Positions 60,058 to 64,000 of a DNA stretch of 64,000 bases are shown piece by piece. The notes under the pieces were generated by a model that did not search any database, had not been told where the DNA came from, and saw only the letters and a list, made by a program, of their open reading frames with translations. A program made the translations under genes and the position numbers. The DNA comes from an uncultured Candidatus Binatia bacterium (GTDB lineage: Bacteria > Desulfobacterota > Binatia > UBA9968 > JAJDTQ01). The stretch lies in the NCBI GenBank assembly GCA_965204505.1, contig CBDBFB010000002.1, forward strand, positions 2,370,778 to 2,434,777. The letters run 5' to 3'. Each line of letters starts with the position of its first letter. Position 1 is the stretch's first letter.

Positions 60058-60591
60058 CTAGGGAGAGGAACCGGCCCGGCGGATGGCCAGCAGGCGCTCG
60101 CAGACAGCACGCGGAGTCATCGAGCCCAGGTTGATCACGGGGATGCCGGCCTCGGTGGCGATGCGGACCGCCATTCCGGTTCCGCCCGTGACCGTTCCTC
60201 CCGGCGTCCAGGCCACGACGGCATCGACGGGACGGCCGAGACCGACGCCGAGGATGGCCGCGTTCCTGGCGTGCAGCTTGCGAACACCGGGCGAGCAGCG
60301 GTCCCAGGCGGGATGCAGGCGGGCGGCGATGGCCAGGCAGGATTGGAGCTCGGCCGGCGACGGCACCCGGCAGTCCGGACCCGCGCACCCGTTGTAGCCG
60401 GACCAGGGCAGATGGAGCGTCCGTCGACCGGCCGGCGTCCCTTGGGCGAACGCACTGTCGGCCCCGGCCGCGCCACCGGTGTTCAGATGCCATCCCTGCC
60501 GCGCGAGCCATCCGGCCATCACGGTCATGGCGGTCAGAACGGAGGGCGGCGTGGTGCGGGCTCCGATCCCGGCGTAAGTCAAAGTGCTCAT
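60058..60591 (-). CDS. DprA/Smf-like Rossmann-fold (SLOG superfamily) protein
   Basis: YAGIGARTTPPSVLTAMTVMAGWLARQGWHLNTGGAAGADSAFAQG...AVVAWTPGGTVTGGTGMAVRIATEAGIPVINLG resembles the DprA/Smf Rossmann domain (GGAxGxD). Confidence 0.45.
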   Translation of the reverse strand: MSTLTYAGIGARTTPPSVLTAMTVMAGWLARQGWHLNTGGAAGADSAFAQGTPAGRRTLHLPWSGYNGCAGPDCRVPSPAELQSCLAIAARLHPAWDRCSPGVRKLHARNAAILGVGLGRPVDAVVAWTPGGTVTGGTGMAVRIATEAGIPVINLGSMTPRAVCERLLAIRRAGSSP

Positions 60592-60765
60592 GTCGTGGTC
60601 CCCCCTGTGACGGTGCGAAGCCGCGCCTCTCTCTGCGCGTCTCTCTCGCCCCTCCCCCGCTGTCCTCGAACGCTGGCCGGCAGGACGTCCGAGCGGACTT
60701 GAGACGGCGCCGGGATTCGGGCCGGGTGGGAGTCAAAAAGGGGGGATCGATCATGGACGGCCGGT

Positions 60766-61035
60766 TCAGTGCCGGGAGCCGTTGTCGGTCTCCGGGCCCC
60801 CGGCGGCCATGGAGCGGGCTGCGAGCGCGGTCCAGTCCTCTCTTGAGTGTCCGAGCCTGATGTTCAGGCGGTCGCACAGCCGCTCTGCATCGGCTAAGGA
60901 CAAGGCAATGAGGCAGGTTGGCACGTAGCCCGGCATGCCCTCGAAGACGATACGGATCTGCTGAGGCTCGTCGCCGAGCTCGTAGCTTGGACAGAACGCG
61001 TAGTTGGGTTCGTCCGGCAGGGTCTGTGCAGTCAT
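60766..61035 (-). CDS. Small hypothetical protein
   Basis: MTAQTLPDEPNYAFCPSYELGDEPQQIRIVFEGMPGYVPTCLIALSLADAERLCDRL... SD aagggag. The ORF in the track is artifactually extended upstream. Confidence 0.35.
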   Translation of the reverse strand: MTAQTLPDEPNYAFCPSYELGDEPQQIRIVFEGMPGYVPTCLIALSLADAERLCDRLNIRLGHSREDWTALAARSMAAGGPETDNGSRH

Positions 61036-61163
61036 GAATGCTCCCTTCGGTGAGTGAAATGCCCGCCCCCCGGTGGACGGCCAGTGACAGGTACGACGGC
61101 TGTCCGGCGGTACGGACCCCCGCGCGGCGGACGGCTGCCCGGCAATACGGATACGCGACGGGC

Positions 61164-64000
61164 TCAGGCGGCGAGCGGCCAGCGTTGGATGACGCGTTCG
61201 AGGAGATCGGGGCCGGGGGCGAAGACGCGCGTGCGCCACGAGACGATCTCGACCGTGCAGCCCATGCGCTTGAGGACCGCGGTGTCGGTATCGACCGGTC
61301 CCTCGATCTCCACCCGGTCGGCGCCCATGATGCGGCGCCTGGCGAGCCGCCAGCCGTTGGCGAGCGCGAGCGCCGCGCCGCGTCCCATGACCGCCTCGAA
61401 GGCTTCGGCGCCGGTCATGGCGGGACCCCCCGCGAGGCCGAATGCGGAACGCACGGCGCGGACCTGCTCGAAGTCGAGTACGCGCCCGATGAGCGCCTCG
61501 CCATCGTCCGTCCTGAGACGCCGCACCCGCATGTTCTCGGCGGGCAGACGGTCCCATACCGGCAGCAACAGGCCGGCTGCGAGCCAGAACCGCGATTCCT
61601 TGTGCGACGGCAGGCCGGCGATCTCGTCCTCCCAGAGCGTCCTCCAGTCGGCTTCGGCCGCTTTCCGCCAGTTCGAGGCGTCGAGTTCGGCCTTCTCCAT
61701 GGTATCCCGCCCGGCGGGACGCAGCAGCCGGACGCGCTCCTGCACGCCGCCGTCGTCGAACAGACCCGACGGCGCGGGAAGCACGACCGCGGCCCGGTTG
61801 GACCGGGCATTCACCACCAGAACCGGCCCGTCGTGCGTGTCCTTGCCGATTTCGAGCGCGGCGTCGGCAGACGTGGGCTCCAACCTGTCGCGGCGCACGA
61901 TCTCTACGAGCTCGGTAGCCGCTCCGCTGCCGGGATGCCGGTACAGCGTCTCCCGGCCGGCGGCGGCCAGGGAGTCGGCCCTGACGGTCTCGACGCCGAC
62001 CTCGTAGGTGCCCGCCTCCATGGCCTGTTCGATGCCCGCGGCGATGCGGTCTTCCAGTTCCGCAAAGAGCTGGTTCTGCTCGTCGATGGGCAGCGCCAGG
62101 AGCCTGTTCAGAAAGCGCGGCATGGGCGGAAGGTCCTCCTTGAGCGAGCCCTCCCAGGTGAGCTTCAGGCCGGTGGCGTCCTCGAAGCGTTGAAGCGGCC
62201 AGTCGGCGATGTCTCCGCGCCAGAGCGCCAGGTAGAACCGCCTCAGGGCGGCCTTGGCGTAGAGGCTCTCCAGGTTGTCGCTCTCGCGGAACAACGTGGC
62301 GTCGCTCCCTCCCATGGCGGTCTGGGAATCGCGCTGCCCGCGGGTGATGGCGCCCAGGCTGTCCAGTCTGCGCGCGATGGTGGCGATGAACCTGCGCTCG
62401 CCCTTCACATCGGTCGTGACCGGCCGGAAGAGCGGCGCCGAGGCCTGGTGCGTGCGGTGGGTGCGCCCGAGCCCCTGGATCGCCTGGTCGGCGCGCCAGC
62501 CCGGCTCCAGCAGGTAGTGGACCCGGCGCTCGGTGTTCGGGCACGAGAGGTCAGCGTGGTAGCTTCGGCCGATGCCCCCGGCCATGGAGAACACGAGGAT
62601 GCGCTTGCTCCTTTCCATGAACGCGGCGGTCTCCACGAGGTTGGCGGATGCCGGCCGGCCGCGGAGCGCCAGGCGCTCGCCGCCCGCGTCCGAAATGCGG
62701 AGCACCCTGCGGGAGCGGCCCGTGACTTCCGCCACGGCCTCGTGGCCGAAGTGCTGGACTACCTGGTCCAGGGCCGAGGGCACCGGCGGCAGGGACGCCA
62801 GTTGCTCCAACAGCGCGTCGCGTTGCGCGAGCGCCTCCTGGCAGAGGACCGGATGGCCCTCGGCGTCCACCGCGGGGCGGCTCATGAGGTTCCCGTCAGC
62901 GTCGGTGTAGGGTTCCTGTAGCTGCACGGGAAAGGCGTGGGCCAGGAAGTCGAGGACGTGCTCGCGGGGCGTCAGGTCGATGCCCAGGTCGTCCCATTCC
63001 GAGGCCGGTATCTCGGCGATGCGCCGCTCCATCAGCGCCTCGCCCGTGGACACGAGCTGGATGACGGCCGAGCGGCCGGCATCGAGGTCGGCCTGGATCG
63101 CCCGGATCAATGAGGGGCACTTCATCGCGGTCAGCAGATGCCCGAAGAAGCGTTGTTTTGTGCTCTCGAAGGCGCTCAGTGCGGCCGACTTCGCATTCTT
63201 GTTCAGGGTCGACTGTCCCTGCATGATGCCCGTGGCCTCGAGCGCCGCTTCGATGTTGGCGTGAATGACCTTGAACGCGCCGGCATAGGAGTCGTAGATA
63301 CGCCGCTGCTCCTCGGAGAGCTCGTGCACAAGGATGTCCACCTCGACGCCGTGATAGGCGAGTGCCCGGGCCTGATAGAGACCCAGGGCCTTGAGATCCC
63401 TCGCGACTACCTCCATGGCGGCGACCCCTCCTGCTTCCATGGCTGAAACGAAGTCGGTCCGCGTCTCGAACGGCGTCTCGCCGGCTGCCCAAAGCCCCAG
63501 ACGGCCGGCATAGGCCAGTCCGGGTACGGTCGTGGCGCCGGTGGCGGACACGTAGGTGATCCGGGCGTCGGGCAGCGCGTTCTGCAAGCGGAGGCCAGCG
63601 CGGCCCTGGGCGGACGGCTTCACGTCGCCGCGCGCGCCCTTGCCTCCGGCCGCGTTGGCCATGGCGTGGGCCTCGTCGAAGACGATGGCGCCGTCGAAGG
63701 CATGGCGGTCGTCCTCGTCGGAGCCACCGGCGAGCCAGTCCACGATCTGGTCGAGCCGCGAGGCGCGCCCCTGGCGGGACGGCGAGCGCAGCGTGGCATA
63801 GGTCGTGAACAGGATGCCGGTGGAGTGCGGGATCTCGTCCCCCTGGCGGAAGTTCCCGAGCGGGATCACGTCGTCGTCGCGGCCGCCCAGCGCGGTCCAG
63901 TCGCGGCGCGCGTCTTCCAGCAGCTTGTCCGACTGGCTCAGCCAAAGCGCCCGTTTCCGGCCGCGGAGCCAGCCGTCGAGGATGACGGCCGCGACCTGGC
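61164..64000 (-). CDS. Strawberry-notch-like (Sbno/SNF2-type) helicase, C-terminal about 940 aa. The 5' end lies beyond the window
   Basis: ...LWLSQSDKLLEDARRDWTALGG...GILFTTYATL...VFDEAHAMANA... are helicase motifs. ...VFSMAGGIGRSYHADLSCPNTERRVHYLLEPGWRADQAIQGLGRTHRTHQASAPLFRPV is the Helicase_C_4-type Sbno C-terminal domain. The reading frame continues upstream to position 64000. Confidence 0.6.
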   Translation of the reverse strand, partial: QVAAVILDGWLRGRKRALWLSQSDKLLEDARRDWTALGGRDDDVIPLGNFRQGDEIPHSTGILFTTYATLRSPSRQGRASRLDQIVDWLAGGSDEDDRHAFDGAIVFDEAHAMANAAGGKGARGDVKPSAQGRAGLRLQNALPDARITYVSATGATTVPGLAYAGRLGLWAAGETPFETRTDFVSAMEAGGVAAMEVVARDLKALGLYQARALAYHGVEVDILVHELSEEQRRIYDSYAGAFKVIHANIEAALEATGIMQGQSTLNKNAKSAALSAFESTKQRFFGHLLTAMKCPSLIRAIQADLDAGRSAVIQLVSTGEALMERRIAEIPASEWDDLGIDLTPREHVLDFLAHAFPVQLQEPYTDADGNLMSRPAVDAEGHPVLCQEALAQRDALLEQLASLPPVPSALDQVVQHFGHEAVAEVTGRSRRVLRISDAGGERLALRGRPASANLVETAAFMERSKRILVFSMAGGIGRSYHADLSCPNTERRVHYLLEPGWRADQAIQGLGRTHRTHQASAPLFRPVTTDVKGERRFIATIARRLDSLGAITRGQRDSQTAMGGSDATLFRESDNLESLYAKAALRRFYLALWRGDIADWPLQRFEDATGLKLTWEGSLKEDLPPMPRFLNRLLALPIDEQNQLFAELEDRIAAGIEQAMEAGTYEVGVETVRADSLAAAGRETLYRHPGSGAATELVEIVRRDRLEPTSADAALEIGKDTHDGPVLVVNARSNRAAVVLPAPSGLFDDGGVQERVRLLRPAGRDTMEKAELDASNWRKAAEADWRTLWEDEIAGLPSHKESRFWLAAGLLLPVWDRLPAENMRVRRLRTDDGEALIGRVLDFEQVRAVRSAFGLAGGPAMTGAEAFEAVMGRGAALALANGWRLARRRIMGADRVEIEGPVDTDTAVLKRMGCTVEIVSWRTRVFAPGPDLLERVIQRWPLAA

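Overview
GC-rich (about 67-68%) proteobacterial accessory DNA composed almost entirely of mobile-element and surface-protein material. Everything below was judged by eye from the sequence and the supplied ORF track; no searches were run.

(1) 1-7110 is a truncated IS66-family element whose tnpC is split by at least three group II introns. One of these (intron X, about 1257-6207) has its reverse-transcriptase (RT) gene broken by two further nested elements. The first is a 2.24-kb large-serine-recombinase element bounded by 26-bp perfect inverted repeats (2551-4788). The second is a 654-bp ORF-less group II intron sitting exactly after the FADD/YADD motif (4902-5555).

(2) Two nearly identical autotransporter-like adhesin genes with Calx-beta/FN3 passenger domains follow. 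Paralogue 1 (7496-9494 plus 12118-13888) is split by a complete IS66 copy (9495-12117) with an 8-bp target-site duplication (TSD). Paralogue 2 (14512-18735) is intact. Both are preceded by a leader ORF with a strong Shine-Dalgarno (SD) sequence that runs through an octanucleotide (GCCCAGCG)n tract of 9 and 20 units. Each is one unit out of frame with its adhesin ORF, which looks like a slipped-strand phase-variation switch.

(3) 19.2-23.2 kb holds a second IS66 copy with TSD GTTTCCAC. It is preceded by an unusual tandem array of 109-bp units (target flank + TSD + IS66 left end), itself inside a 1145-bp tandem duplication.

(4) Three IS110-family transposase genes lie at 23522-24562, 24775-25800 and 32115-33530.

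(5) 25.9-41.7 kb is a decayed conjugative/mobilisable module: a MobC/RHH-like gene, an iteron-rich non-coding region, DUF2493, DUF1640, HU and a MobF/TrwC-type relaxase-helicase gene. The relaxase gene is interrupted twice, in antisense orientation, by identical group II introns at TYTCGA target sites.

(6) 44-52 kb carries a DUF4189 secreted protein, a NirK-like fragment, a third autotransporter with six Calx-beta-like repeats, and a SIR2_2-like protein with an unassigned 280-aa C-terminal domain that is translationally coupled to a small HTH gene. A tyrosine integrase sits at the edge of this block.

(7) 52.4 kb onward is ICE-like cargo: integrase, acidic protein, a DUF4326 operon, another group II intron whose RT ORF is split by a 904-bp ORF-less intron (a second copy of which lies at 6250-7077), a Toprim protein, SSB, a DprA-like protein and a strawberry-notch-type helicase that runs off the window end.

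The most unusual observations are the nested ORF-less introns, the IR-bounded serine-recombinase element, the leader-ORF octamer switch and the SIR2-like candidate defence gene.
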